Shown: positions 26,914 to 39,364 of the stretch, one piece after another | Layout: each line of letters opens with the position of its first letter | Numbering within the stretch: the first letter of the stretch is position 1 | Origin: Massalongia carnosa | Taxonomy: Eukaryota | Direction of reading: 5' to 3' | DNA length: 64,000 bases | Assembly (NCBI GenBank): GCA_965645245.1 | Contig: OZ287072.1 | Span: 1,798,001-1,862,000 of the forward strand | Notes under the pieces: model-generated | The model's input: only the letters and a program-made list of their open reading frames with translations | Databases searched by the model: none | What the model was told of the DNA's origin: nothing | Translations under genes and position numbers: made by a program

Positions 26914-28819
26914 CTTCACTTTGTAGGTATAATAGCATGATTGTCATTAAAGGTGTGGATTATATTTGAGCTATCTACTCATTATATAGCAGTCATATTG
27001 AAGACTTTCCGGCGACTCCCTTTCATAGGGAGTCAGCTGGTCCACTGATTCTCGGTCCCCAGAGGTCACTTCGGCCCCCGTGGTAGGGTCACCAAAGATA
27101 GGCACTAGACGGATGCCCATGATGGTAGTCTAACAGTTCTTACCATCTAACACTTACCCTCTAACAGTTCTTACAGTACTAGGCCAAAAGTCTGCGGCCC
27201 CGCACCCCACCAACATTTCAATCATTCTATTCAATCAACAATCAACCATGTCACGATTGCTGAAATGTCCTGAAACTTTACATAATGATTACATACATAC
27301 TAAACAAGAATTCCCCCAAAAATTGATTTTTAATATTTAGTATACCATCCTTCCGACGCTATACACGCTTTTATCCTCCTATTCATGCTCTCTATTAACC
27401 TCCTCATCATTTTCATATCTATCAACGTCTAGGCTTCTTCTAACGCTTTCCAAAGTACCTCACGAACACTTTCATCACTGCCGATCACTAAATCTATGTT
27501 CGGGTTGACTTGATAGACGAGCTTTTTGAGCACATACCAAACGTGCTCGATGGGATTTAAATCAGGTGAATAGGGGGGCCAATCGACGACCTCTATGCCG
27601 TTCTTATTGAACTATTCTATTACCTTTTTAGCCTTATGTATAGGTGCGTTATCCTGCATGAAAATGAGGCCCGGTTGCCAAATTCCAAGCAGATTATCGT
27701 TCAATAATTCCATATATGAGTTCGCCGAGTACCCCATCTTCTTCGCAGCAAAATCACGAGCCAATTTGTAAAGATCTAACCTGTCATTTTGAAACGGGGA
27801 GACCTTCTCCCAGCAGGCATTCACTACTGGAAGATGGGATCCACAGGGGCTACACAACGTGATGGTCACAATAGAGGTACAAATAGGTTGGGTCGGGTCA
27901 AAGGGTTGACTAAATGCTACCCTTTTAAAGTGCTTGATCATTGATCTATATAGGATAGGACAATCCATAACCTAAGCTCTTCTTCCATACCTTGCCCATA
28001 CTACCTGGTATTTTCGGACTCCGAAATACTTCGGACACCGAAAGACACGGGTAGATAAGACTAGGCAGGTGAGCTAGGGGAGGTGAGGCGAGGCGAGGGG
28101 ATACTTCGTGTACTACGAAAACACCTCTATAATAAGTTAAGTCCCCACACTATGCCTAACTGGGTTAGGCGGGACCTTATTGTCTTGGTGGTTGTTTTGG
28201 CTGTACGTATCCCACATAGCCACATAGGCCAGTCTTACGTTCAACGAACGCATACTAGGCCTACCCTATTACAACTGCCTCCCTCCTATGGTCGAGTCCC
28301 ATCCGAGACATGCACTGCAAAAGATAGCCTCATGACGACCTAGGGTGCGTACCTAGACAACTCCATAAAAACCCTCTGACCCTTTGGGACAGAGGCAAAA
28401 AGGCATCGCTGTCATGACAGGTACGGCCTAGCCGAATGATCCACTGCGCCGACGGTCCCCTTGTGAGTATGCAGCCCCTTCCGGCCATTAGGCATCGACT
28501 TACATACTCACTGCCAATGCCGCAGCATTGGACTTCTTCGCCTGTCCCTTAGGACCAGACTCGCGGCTTCTTGCGCGTATGGACCGTCCCAGCCGCGCCA
28601 GCGTCATCTATACCTAACTGCCGACGACCCCTCGTGGGACGTCCTAGACGCAGCGGTGTTACCAAGTCGACCCCCACTTGCGAGGTTAAAGGCAAAGCCT
28701 CATCGACAGGGCCAGGCGGGGAGTCCGGCTGCAGCGCGGAGTACGTCGATTTCTTCGCTAGAGGAGGACCTGGAGGACCTGAATCGACTGGGGTTCCGCT
28801 TGTGGTGGATTTTGAAGGA

Positions 28820-31800
28820 TTATCCTATGGAATAAGCTCACCATCTTGCGTAAATGCTTGATGGCCGCATACGGTTCCCAGCTATCCTTAGACTCAGGGT
28901 ATCCTTTCCAATGGATCAGATAATAAAGCCTACAGGTCTCCCGTCCTCCGACTCCCTAGCATAGACAGCCGAATCTTGAATACTCTCGACCTCGTACTCC
29001 TTTGGTTCATTTTCATTGAACTCTATCTGCTCCGCTAATTCTTTATCGACTCCCCCCTTCTTAGTGCCATTCTTCTCCAGAAGAGACACATGAAAGACAT
29101 CGTGGATTCGCCAACGCGGCGGCAGTTGGATGCGATAGGCTTGCTTGCCAATCGGCTCAATAACCATGAATGGACCTAGGAACTTGTGTCCAAGCTTCCT
29201 ATTCCTCTTCGTGTTAAAGTGCTTGCCATCCAACCAAACTGACTCGCCGGGGCTGTACACACGATCCTTTGTAGCCTTGTTATGGTAGCGAGCTTGAGAC
29301 TCTTGTGCACCTCTAAGGTTTGCCTTGCACAGGTCCATAAGCTCTTTGAGTTCCGCGACCTCAGCCCCCGCCGCCCTAGACCGCGAACGGGGCTCCAGCT
29401 CATCCTCATAGCTCATCCGCGGAGGATAACCGCAGTTCAACTCGAAAGGAGTCAACCCGGTGCTAGAGTGCTTGGAGTTATTGAAGGCGAACTCAGCCAT
29501 GGGCAGATACTGCACCCAGTCGTCCTGCTCGAATGAGACAAAGGACCGGAGGTACGCCTCCAACGTGCTATTCTGATGCTCTGTATGGCCGTCAGTTTGT
29601 GGGTGAAAAGCAGTGCTGAGACGCCTCTTAATGCTAACAAAATAGCACAGCGAGGGCCAGAACTGCGATGTGAACAGGGAGCCACGGTCTGTAACTATAG
29701 AGTCAGGGAGCCCATGGTATCTCACGACCGAATCAATAATTACTTCCGCGAGGCCTTCAGCCGTCAGCGTTTTCATCACTGCTTCGTAATGGACCATCTT
29801 CGCCAGGCAGTCAACAATGACGAGGATGGAGTCATATCCTACTCCACGCCAGTCGCAACTGCGCGGGAGCCCTGTAACGAAGTCCATCGTAATGTCTTTC
29901 CACTTATGCGAGGGAATCGGCAGGGACTGGAGACTCCCATACGGCTTATGCCGCTGCGACTTCGACCTCATGCATACGTCACACGCATCCACGTACTTTT
30001 CAACGTCCACCTTGATAGTGTCCCAGTGGTATTTCCGAGTCAGCAACTCCTGGGTCTTTTCAATGCCTAAAGGCCCCGCCAAGGGGTCATCATGATGGCG
30101 CGCCATTATCTCAGTTCGTAACGTCTCGGGGATATAAGGCTTGCCTTCATAATATAAGAAATCCCCGGACTCCTTCCAGGGCTCGCCCGAAACACCAGAA
30201 AACGCATTAACTTCGGAGGTAGCTAGCCTCTTTCGTACAGCCTGGGCGCCCTTGTCTTCCGCAAGCAACTCAGGAAGACGTCGAAGTAATGAACCGATTG
30301 CAGTGTAGGGACCCTCTTCAGCCACGACTGCCCTTATAACAGCCCATGACTTGACGAGGTCCGGGACCACCGCAGTCCCACAGATAATCACCTCTAACAT
30401 CATTTTCCTATACCCCTGCGAGTAGTCACGCTCGCGGGGCTTCTTAGGTTGGCTTAATGCCTTGCAGGCCCGAATGGTCACGGGCTCGTTCAACAGCAAA
30501 GAATCCTGCAAGCGGTGCAATATCTGCCTATTCTCAACTATTAACTCATCGTCATCCGCCTCAGCCTGGGCGGGGCGAGATAAGGCGTCTGCGGGGTTGT
30601 GAGAACCCTGACGATAGTCAATCCGAAAGTTATACCGGGAGAGCTCCTGCGCCCAACGGATCTGGCGTCCGCCGAGTCGTTTGGTATCCATGAACCGTTT
30701 TAGGTTGTTGTGGTCGGTGAGAACTAGGACTTCATGAGTGCTGCCTTCGAGATAATGCCTCCATTGCCTAAAAGCCTCGACAATGGCCAGCAACTCCGCG
30801 TCATGCGTTTCATAATTACGCTCCGCGGGAATCATCTTCCTAGAAAAGTAGGCTACTGGATGCCAATGACTCTCATCGTCCTTTTGTGATAGTATCCCAC
30901 CGATGGCATACCCAGATGCATCAGTCTCCACGCGTATATGTCGCTCCGCATCGAAATGCCTGAGGACTGGGGCCGTGAAAAAGGCCCCTTCAGTTGATCG
31001 AACGCTACTAACGCCTCAGCAGTCAGAAACGAGTCCGATTTCGGCATCTTAGGGCCCGTCGTCTTCAGCATCGCGGTCAAAGGCCTAGCGATCTTACTGA
31101 ACCCTTTGATGAACCGGCGGTAAAAATTGGCAAAGCCTATAAAGACTTGAATATCGCGAACGCACTGGGGTCTAGGCCAGCTGCGCACGCTCTCTATCCT
31201 ATCATTCTCCATCCGAATACCTTCAGGTGAAATAATATACCCAAGAAAGCGAACCTCTTTCTGACTGAAACGACACTTCTGCAAATTGGCATACAGGCCG
31301 TGCTTTCGTAACTGTTCAACCACCCACTTAACCGCATCAGTGTGCGCTGAACCAGTCTCTTCAGTGTAAATGAGAATATCGTCTAAATAGACAATGCAAA
31401 AAACATCAAGTTTTTCAGCGAGTACCTTGTTAATCAAAGCTTGAAACGTCGCTGGTGCATTGGAAAGCCCAAAGGGCATAACCTGATATTCGAAATGGCC
31501 ATAGCGAGTTCGAAAGGCAGTCTTCCACTCGTCTCCCTTTGCTATTCGCACCCTATGGTACGCATGGATGAGATCAAGCTGGGTATACTCCTTCGCTCGG
31601 CCGAGCCTATCTAGGGCCTCGCCTACTAACGGCAGGGGGTAACGGTTTTTAATCGTTATATTGTTGAGACCCCTGTAGTCGACGCATAGCCGCAATCCTC
31701 CGCTGGGCTTCCTAATAAAGAGGATAGGCGCCCCCGCAGGAGAAGTCGACGGTCTGATGAACCCGTTCTTGAGGTTGACTTCGATATAACCCCTTAGAGC

Positions 31801-32575
31801 TTCTAACTCCGTGGGACCGAGGCTATAGATAGGCCCATGAGGAGGCGACTTGCCCTCCTCTAGGACGATTCTGTGATCATCCGGGGTCAGCGACGGCAAC
31901 TCGTCAGCTTTCTCCGCAGAGAATACCCCTTCATAATCGGCGTATTCCACAGGGAGCTTGATCTCCTCCGTAGTCGAAATAGCCTGTAGGTTCACGCGCC
32001 TAGCGTCGTCCAACGCATCAAGAATGGCGGCTACTTGTACGACAAAGCAAGCGGACTTATCATCCCGAGCATCCTCTGCGAAGGTCTCCGGCTCAACTAA
32101 CTCAATGCGCCTTTCGGTCGGCAAAGAAGTCGAGACAGAATAATCTCTCCAAGTGAGAGACCCTTCAGCGAAGTGGACGTCCGGGTTGCCGAGTTTCAGA
32201 AAAGGCATCCCCAACACAACATCATGAGAGACGTTTGCTATTAGAAAAGTCTCCTCGAACCAGCGAGTTCGTTCGAGCTTGTCATCAACAGAGAATTTGG
32301 CTAACACCATGCCATGGGTAGTCAACCGAGAGCCATCTATCGTAGCCGCACCCCAATTGGTATGCAGGGTCGGAAGACCTAAAGATCGAACCAACTCTGG
32401 AGCGATAGCATTGACTTCGCTACCAGAATCGATCAAGGCTTTCAGACTAGAAAGATCCTTCACCATCTGGATGTCGTACAACATATAGGGTTCTCTTTGC
32501 AAACGGGGCGCATGCTTGGCAATTGCCTCCCTAGGGTCAGTCACCGGTTCGGAAGTAACGCCGGCGACAGCTAGT
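28820..32575 (-). pseudogene. Gypsy pol (PR-RT-RH-IN-chromodomain) with frameshifts near 30990 and 28925
   Basis: ORF-track 30853-32544 and 28916-30931; chromodomain continues in another frame (HWKGYPESKDSWEP). Confidence 0.9.
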
Positions 32576-33822
32576 TTTTTGGCTTGGGAGGATTGGTGCA
32601 GTGGGTAGAGATATGCCCTTTTTCACCGCATCTATAGCAGGTGACTTCGGCAGGAGGCTCTGCGTTGGCGCCAGTGGCAGGCGTCTTGTTGGCAGAGGTG
32701 CCGGAAGATTCGGTAGGCTTGTTGTTACCCTTGCCACGTCTGTGATTCTTACCCTGAGTCTTCGACGATCGAGTTTGCGAGGCATCCCTTGACTTATCGC
32801 GACGAGAGTCGCGATGTGAGGAGTTCTTGGTCGAGGTGTGCATATTAACGGATGCCTCGGCCTGCATTGCGAGAGCGACGAATTGCGAGTAGGTGCTCGC
32901 ATTGTCAACCATGTTGTAAAGGGCTGACTTAATCTCAGGACGCAGAGCATCTCGAGCGCGGCGAATCATGTCGGACTCGCGGGGGAAATGAAGGTCATAC
33001 TCTTGAAGAACGGAGCACAATTGTTGAAGCTGTACGCTAAATGTGCGTACGTTGTCTCCAGGGCGCTGAACAAAACTAAAGAACTTTCCCCAGGTTTTGT
33101 TCACGAAGGTCTTCTCGTTGCCAAGGTCATCCCGGAGGACCTTTAAGAATTCGGCCCAGGGTGTGTCGTAATCAAGCGGCAATGTCTTGACGTATTCTGA
33201 CTATACATGGCTAATAGTCTCTCCGCGAAGAAAGGAAGCCGCGAAAGAGACGGAGGAAGAATCGTCGGGATGCGCCCGTGCAGTCTTGAAGTACTCGTGA
33301 CACTGACGAGCGAACTCATGCAGCTCCTTGTGACTACTTCCCTTGTATATGTCAGGAACCTTGGGCTTCAGTAAGGGACGAGAAGCGCCGTCATAACGGC
33401 GGTTTGAGTAGTCACGCGAAGGTGACCGGCGGCGATGGTAATGGCCGGGCGAGCGAGAGCGAGAGTCCCGGCGGGTATGATGACTATTCCGCCTGGATGA
33501 CCTCTCAGGCGACTGGGGTGCCCGAGGAGATCGTGGGGCCGATCGAGATCGGCGAGCAGACCGAGAGGGAGTTCGGCCCTGGCCCTGGTTGATTTGGTCC
33601 AGGGTAGACTGGATAGCAGCCCATTGCTCGGCAGTCAGAGTCACTGTGGTAGCTGACGTGCCAGAGGAAGGACGGGAGGAGCCGTGCGGGCCGACAGGAA
33701 GTGGGCCACTAGACGGCGGAGCACCAGATGCATTGGCTGAATTTAGCTGAAGCACCGGAGGTGCCGAGGAGAGAAGGATCCATTGAGGCCCTAATTGCAG
33801 CGGACTGGCTGCGGGTGGCCAT
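32571..33822 (-). pseudogene. Gypsy gag (one in-frame TAG at 33201-33203)
   Basis: ORFs 33201-33917 and 32571-33182 share a frame; KVPDIYKG motif; CCHC knuckle; start codon uncertain. Confidence 0.82.
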
Positions 33823-35199
33823 GGAAGAATCGATGAGGAAGTTTGGCCTGAACGACGAAAGGCCAAATGGTGCTGGATGGCGAAAGCGGTAAAAAGCAGC
33901 ACCCTTATTGCGCCCACCGGATCGTGCTAATCCGGAGATATATAGAGCAATTAGAATTGAAACGGGAAGACCTTCTCCCAGCAGGCATTCACTACTGGAA
34001 GATGGGATCCACAGGGGCTACACAACGTGATGGTCACAATAGAGGTACAAATAGGTTGGGTCGGGTCAAAGGGTAGACTAAATGCTACCCTTTTAAAGTG
34101 CTTGATCATTGATCTATATAGGATAGGACAATCCATAACCTAAGCTCTTCTTCCATACCTTGCCCATACTACCTGGTATTTTCGGACTCCGAAATACACG
34201 GGTAGCTAAGACTAGGCAGGTGAGCTAGGGGAGGTGAGGCGAGGCGAGGGGATACTTCGTGTACTACGAAAACACCTCCATAATAAGTTAAGTCCCCACA
34301 CTATGCCTAACTGGGTTAGGCGGGACCTTATTGTCTTGGTGGTTGTTTTGGCTGTACGTATCCCACATAGCCACATAGGCCAGTCTTACGTTCAACGAAC
34401 GCATACTAGGCCTACCCTATTACACATTTCCCCAAAAAGCTGCCCAGACCATGACACAGACTCCTTTGCCTTTGGGGACAGGTTGTATCATCTCTTTATT
34501 CCATTTTTCTTTCGGCAATCTGAACACCCACTGATGCTGTTTTCCTGACCCCTTTTCCACCGAGCACTCATCTGACCATATAACTCTTGACCACTGCTCA
34601 AAAGTACACTCACGCCGCAGCAAGCACCAATCCAATCGTTTCTTGGCCACCTCAGGCGTCAATAAAGGTCGTTTTTTAGCCACCTAGTTGGTTAAACCAT
34701 ACAGTTTAAGTGCCCGATAAATAGTCGTACGACTGCAGCCGAGCCCCACTTCTAGTTTGATTTGTGCATAAGTGATTCGTGGATTGATTCGTGCATGCTT
34801 GATGATATAACGTCGATCGCGTTCTGACAGCACTTCAGGCCGTCTAGAACGTGATTTAGACACGCCGTCGTTGCGAATTGAGTGCTTCTGAATAGTGCTC
34901 TGCACGGTCGATTTAGTGAAATTAAGAGTCTTCCCAATCTCGGTCGGTGTGTGCCCTAACGCCTGGGCCCCAACAATCATACTACGTTGATATAGCGTCA
35001 ATTTAGTATTACGATGCCGATTACCACTTATGGGGGTCAAAGAAGCACGAAGCATGGTGAAATGATGAGGTGGAAGATGGGGGGTTGATGAGTTGAAAAC
35101 GCGAAAATCACGAAAATTACGGGTTGGGCCGCAGACTTTTGGCACGGGACTGTACCATCTAATAACTAGATGGATATTAGATGTTAGTCCTTACCATCT

Positions 35200-36142
35200 A
35201 ACAAGTGCATCTTCAAAAAATCTCCCTAATCCACCAGATTCCTCTATATATGAATCAATTAAACTACTGTGACGTTTAATCCAGGCCTTAAGAATAGAGA
35301 ATGAAGTCTCTATTGGAATAAAATCGGGTGATTACGGAGGCAAATGAACCAGCAAAATATATGCATCCTGATACATGATCCTCGATTCCTCACTCCAATG
35401 TATAGAGGCATTATCCATAATCAAAATCGGACGAGGACCATTACCTCCAGCGCAGTATGGTAAAACCTTAAGCCTGACGAGTTTATTCAGAATATCTGAT
35501 ACTATAGAGCCATGATGCACCTCCCAAGCTATGAAACCGTCGATGGTGAACGCTAGTAATATACTCCATCTCTTAGAATGTTTGAACACTTGAATCATAG
35601 TCGGTTTGATTCCTGGTGCGGCCCATCCATATCGACGATCACCTAAAGTAATAACAATTAGCAAAGAAACTGAAGTTCTTCAAATAGTACTGACTAGTAT
35701 GCTCGCATGTAGCGCTTTCGTCCAGAAAATCAACTGATCAGCCCTCTATCCTCCTAGTCTAATCATCTTCTCATCACGCAAAGATTGGTGGCGTTGTTAT
35801 GCTATACGAATAGCCATCTTTCGATTCCAGGCCATCTGCTTAAGAGTTAGAGAAACCGTAGACTCGCTCACCAAGACGTCGAATTCATCATACAAAAACC
35901 AGCACATCTCGTCCAAATAAGAGGTAGGTCTCTGATCCAGATACACGAGTAGTTGATCGATTTGTTGATTCATTTTCTTGCGCCGGCCAGTAGCAAGCTG
36001 AGGTTTTTCAACCTCACTGAAAATGTTCCCAATTATGTCTCATCTTACGTAGTTGTCTAATGCTGATACCAGTAGCATCTTCATCCGATTCCAGTCTGAA
36101 CTTTATAGCCTGGCGTTTGATGATGCTGAATAATCGTCCCAT
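35200..36142 (-). pseudogene. DD34E transposase of the long-TIR element, with a 52-nt intron (35643-35694)
   Basis: FLDES...EHT|..DRRYGW joined across GTCAGT...CTAAT...TAG; MDNASIH-(34 aa)-PIE spacing; stops and frameshifts; 3' end approximate. Confidence 0.82.
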
Positions 36143-36361
36143 TTTTGCTTTTGAAACTAGGAGGTAGTAAGAATAAAGATCTACATGAAAACACTACATA
36201 TAATTTATCCTACAGATTGCAAAAGGTAGTGTGAAAGGGAAGAGGGCCATTAGCTACTGCACCAAATTCTGATGTGCTCCAATTCTGTCGCTTAATATTT
36301 TTTTTTACCGCGCAGTTTCGGGGTTCAAAGTTCGGCACACCATTTTGCAAACGGGTTTAAT

Positions 36362-36532
36362 TGTGATAAAGCGGGATAGTGAATAGATTTCTACAATTGC
36401 GCCACCTGTCCCTCCCGACCAAAAGGCACAATACTTAGTCCGCAGACCAAGCTCTATTCTTCTATAACTGGGACTCCCGCTATGTTCGCTATAGGTTCTG
36501 CCGTCCGCACCACGCATGGTCGAACCGTTACA
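36362..36532. mobile_element. Short solo LTR (171 bp), same family as 19376-19546
   Basis: TG...CA; TSD TTAAT/CTAAT. Confidence 0.9.
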
Positions 36533-38027
36533 CTAATTCCTGTTCTCGAATTGAATCACTTTATTGTGTCACGGTCTGTAGGCAGAGGTTCTGTCCATGT
36601 AGTGAATAGTGCTTTATTATAAAGTATATTACATGATAGCTAGACAAGACGAACACGAAGAGAATAGCATTACTTGCTTGCAGAGATTTCCTATATGCCT
36701 CTTGAATGGCTTCCTAAGCCCAATGCGGTTAGACCGCAGCAGCGCGGAAGAGGCAATACACGAGCTGGTCCGTGCGACCGAGCTAAACCTTATTGGTAGA
36801 TATAAGTTCAATGAATACTGATGTTTTGTTTACACCATGACAGTAGCTCCCTCCGTCGAGGCCTGATTCCGCGCAGGCTATTGATGACAGTTGGTGTGAA
36901 TCACTGGGGCTTACCTGGATAACGTCTATGAAATTCCTTCACTCTAGCAGTTGCGTCGTTAACGTATTCAGTGTATTCCCAAGTAAGATCGTTCCATCCT
37001 ATCCACTGCACAAGGTACTTCAGGCGTTTTCGCACAAGCTTGGAGTCGAGAATTTCCTCCACTTCATACTCTTCCTCGTCGTCGACGAGGACTGCTGGGG
37101 AGCCGTGGGGATGTGGCCAGGATGAGGATCGCGAGGGACAGGGGTCAGGAGCGAGACATGGAACACTGGATGGATTTTCATACCGGGAGGGAGGTCGAGG
37201 CGATACGCGTATTTACTGACGACTTAGGACACCCTGAAGGGACCGAGTTTCTTCCAGTCCAGTTTGCGAGCAGGTCTCTGAGTACGTATGTTTTTGGCAT
37301 TCAGCCATACGCTGTCTCCTACTTCATAAACCGGAGCTGGGACTCGATGTTCATTGGCGTTTGACTCATATTTCGCTTGCGAGAACCCCATTTCTTCTTG
37401 AAGCTTTCTGCTTATTTCCTGCATCCTGATGACAAAGCTCTCAGCGTTGAGACTGGCGGGTGACGATACTTGATCCACAGGGCTCAAATCCCATACGCGG
37501 ATGAAATCCCATTTCTGCAAAGAAGGGGCTGAAGCCAGTGGTCTCCGAGGTCGTATTATTGCCAGTGAACTCAGCCAGCGGTAACCAGTCGACCCAATCG
37601 TCCTGTAAGTAGTCGGAGTACATCCGCAGATATTGTTCCATGGAGGAGTTGACTCGCTCCGTCTGCCCGTCGGTTTCCGGGTGAAAGGCTGTAGACAGAA
37701 GACCCTGAATTCCCAAACGCTTGCACAATGATTTCCAAAAATCCTCGACGAAAAGCACTCCTCGATCCGAGATGATTGTTCGTGGTAGCCCATGTAATCT
37801 CCAGATATCCTTCAGGAACAAACAGTGCGGCGAGGCCCTCGTCGTCGAGAGTGGTGAGGCAGGGCGAGAAGTGGCGTCTCTTGGAAAGACGATCAACCAC
37901 TACCATGATCGCATCGAACCCCTTGCTCTGAAATATCCTGTCAGCGTTGTTCTGGTACCGGCAGAGGCCTGAGTACTCCCATCTTACCTTGACGAGAGGT
38001 CTTGCTTCGGGCGCAAACATGACAATA

Positions 38028-39364
38028 CAGTCCCGTGTCAAAAGTTTCCGACTCTACCCGCGATTTTCGTGATTTCGCGTTTTAACCTACCAACCCATCA
38101 ACTTTGACCTCATCATTTCACCATGCCACGCACTCCGTTGACTTCAATTTCTGGTAATAAGCCTCGTAATACCGAATTGAATCAATGTCAAAGAGGTATG
38201 ATTATTGGAGCCCAAGCGTTGGGGCATGCACCGGCCGAAATTGCAAAGACATTAAATGTACCTCGAACCACCGTCATTTACACTCTTCAAAAGCACCCAG
38301 AACGCAACAACGAAAAGTCCAAATCGCGATCGGGTCGGCCTGGAATATTTTCGAACCGCGATCGAAGACGTATCATCAAACTTGCGCGAATCAATCCACG
38401 CATCACCTACGCGCAGCTGCGTACGGAGGTTGAGGTGCAATGTAGTCGATCCATTCTCTATCGGACGCTCAAAGACTATGGTCTAACAAACTGGCTGGCT
38501 AAAAAGCGACCTTTATTGACGCCCGAGGTGGCAAAGAAGAGACTGGACTGGTGCTTGCTTCGGCGTGAGTGGAATTTTGAGCAGTGGTCAAAAATAATAT
38601 GGTCAGACGAGTGCTCGGTGGAAAAGGGGTCGGGAAAACAGCGTCAATGGGTGTTCAGGTTTCCGGACGAAAAATGGAAAAAACCTATGATACAACCGTA
38701 CGGCAAAGGAAAAGAGGTTAAGGTCATGGTATGGGGGGCTTTTTGGGGGGGGGGAGGTCGGATCTTTACAAATTGGCCCGCGATTTCGAGGCAAAGAAGA
38801 TGGGGTACTCCGCGAATTCATATTTGGAATTATTGAACGATAATCTGCTTGGAATTTGGGAACCAGGTCTCATTTTCATGCAGGATAATGCCCCCATTCA
38901 CACTGCCAAAAAGGTGAAGAAATGGTTCGATGAAAACGGTATAACAGTCATCGATTGGCCCCCTTATTCTCCTGATTTGAATCCCATCGAGCACGTTTGG
39001 TACGTGCTCAAAAAGCTCGTCTACCAGGTCAATCCGGACATGGACTCGGTGACTGGTGGTGATGATAGGGTCCGCGAGGTACTTTGGAAAGCTTTGGAAG
39101 AAGCATGGGCCTTGATAGATGAGGAAATGCTGAAGAGTTTAGTAGACAGCATGGAAAGGAGGATTGAAGCTTGCATTCAGTCAAAAGGATGGTATACGAA
39201 ATATTAAAAATATATTTCTCAGCTCAATGTACTTGCTATAATGTATGTAATCATCGTACGAAGTTTCAAGACATCAAAATAACAACTTGATAGTTGATAA
39301 TTCAAAGCAGTGGGGGGGTAAAAAGTTGATGGTGGGGCTGTCGGAAACTTTTGACCTAGTACTG
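38028..39364 (+). mobile_element. Tc1-like transposon (1337 bp), near intact
   Basis: TA|CAGTCCCGTGTCAAAAGTTTCCGAC ... GTCGGAAACTTTTGACCTAGTACTG|TA. Confidence 0.96.
38123..39207 (+). CDS. Tc1 DD34E transposase; single frameshift in a G homopolymer at ~38745-38754
   Basis: HTH-like N-terminus, WSDE, QDNAPIH-(34 aa)-PIE; ORFs 38123-38836 and 38731-39207 join at the G run. Confidence 0.85.

Larger units (their letters stand above)
27790..34424 (-). mobile_element. Ty3/Gypsy chromovirus-like LTR retrotransposon, structurally complete (6635 bp)
   Basis: LTRs 27790-28273 and 33958-34424 (TG...CA); TSD CATTT; polypurine tract next to 28273; gag with CYRCGEKGHISTHC; pol PR (DSG), RT (YLDD), RNase H (TDAS), integrase, chromodomain-like EYEVESI. 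Confidence 0.97.
27174..35152 (-). mobile_element. Tc1-like transposon (~1.34 kb) interrupted by a Gypsy element
   Basis: TA|CAGTACTAGGCCAAAAGTCTGCGGCCC ... GGGCCGCAGACTTTTGGCACGGGACTG|TA; transposase 35055 to 27330 with WSDE, QDNAPIH, SPDLNPIE; homologous to 38028-39364. Confidence 0.93.
25781..36357 (-). mobile_element. Long-TIR IS630/Tc1/mariner (DD34E) element with two convergent ORFs; hosts nested Tc1 + Gypsy
   Basis: ~150-bp imperfect inverted repeats at 25781-25934 and 36205-36357 (CACCCGTTTGCAAAATGGTGTGCCGAACTTTGAACCCCGAAACTGCGCGG...), flanked by TA on both sides. Confidence 0.88.

Noticed and set aside
13670..34548. Recurrent small ORFs MRRGEGIL... and MDCPILYRS... (13670, 27612, 28083, 33951, 34234)
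   Set aside because: They are chance frames within copies of the same LTR, with ends that vary with flanking DNA.
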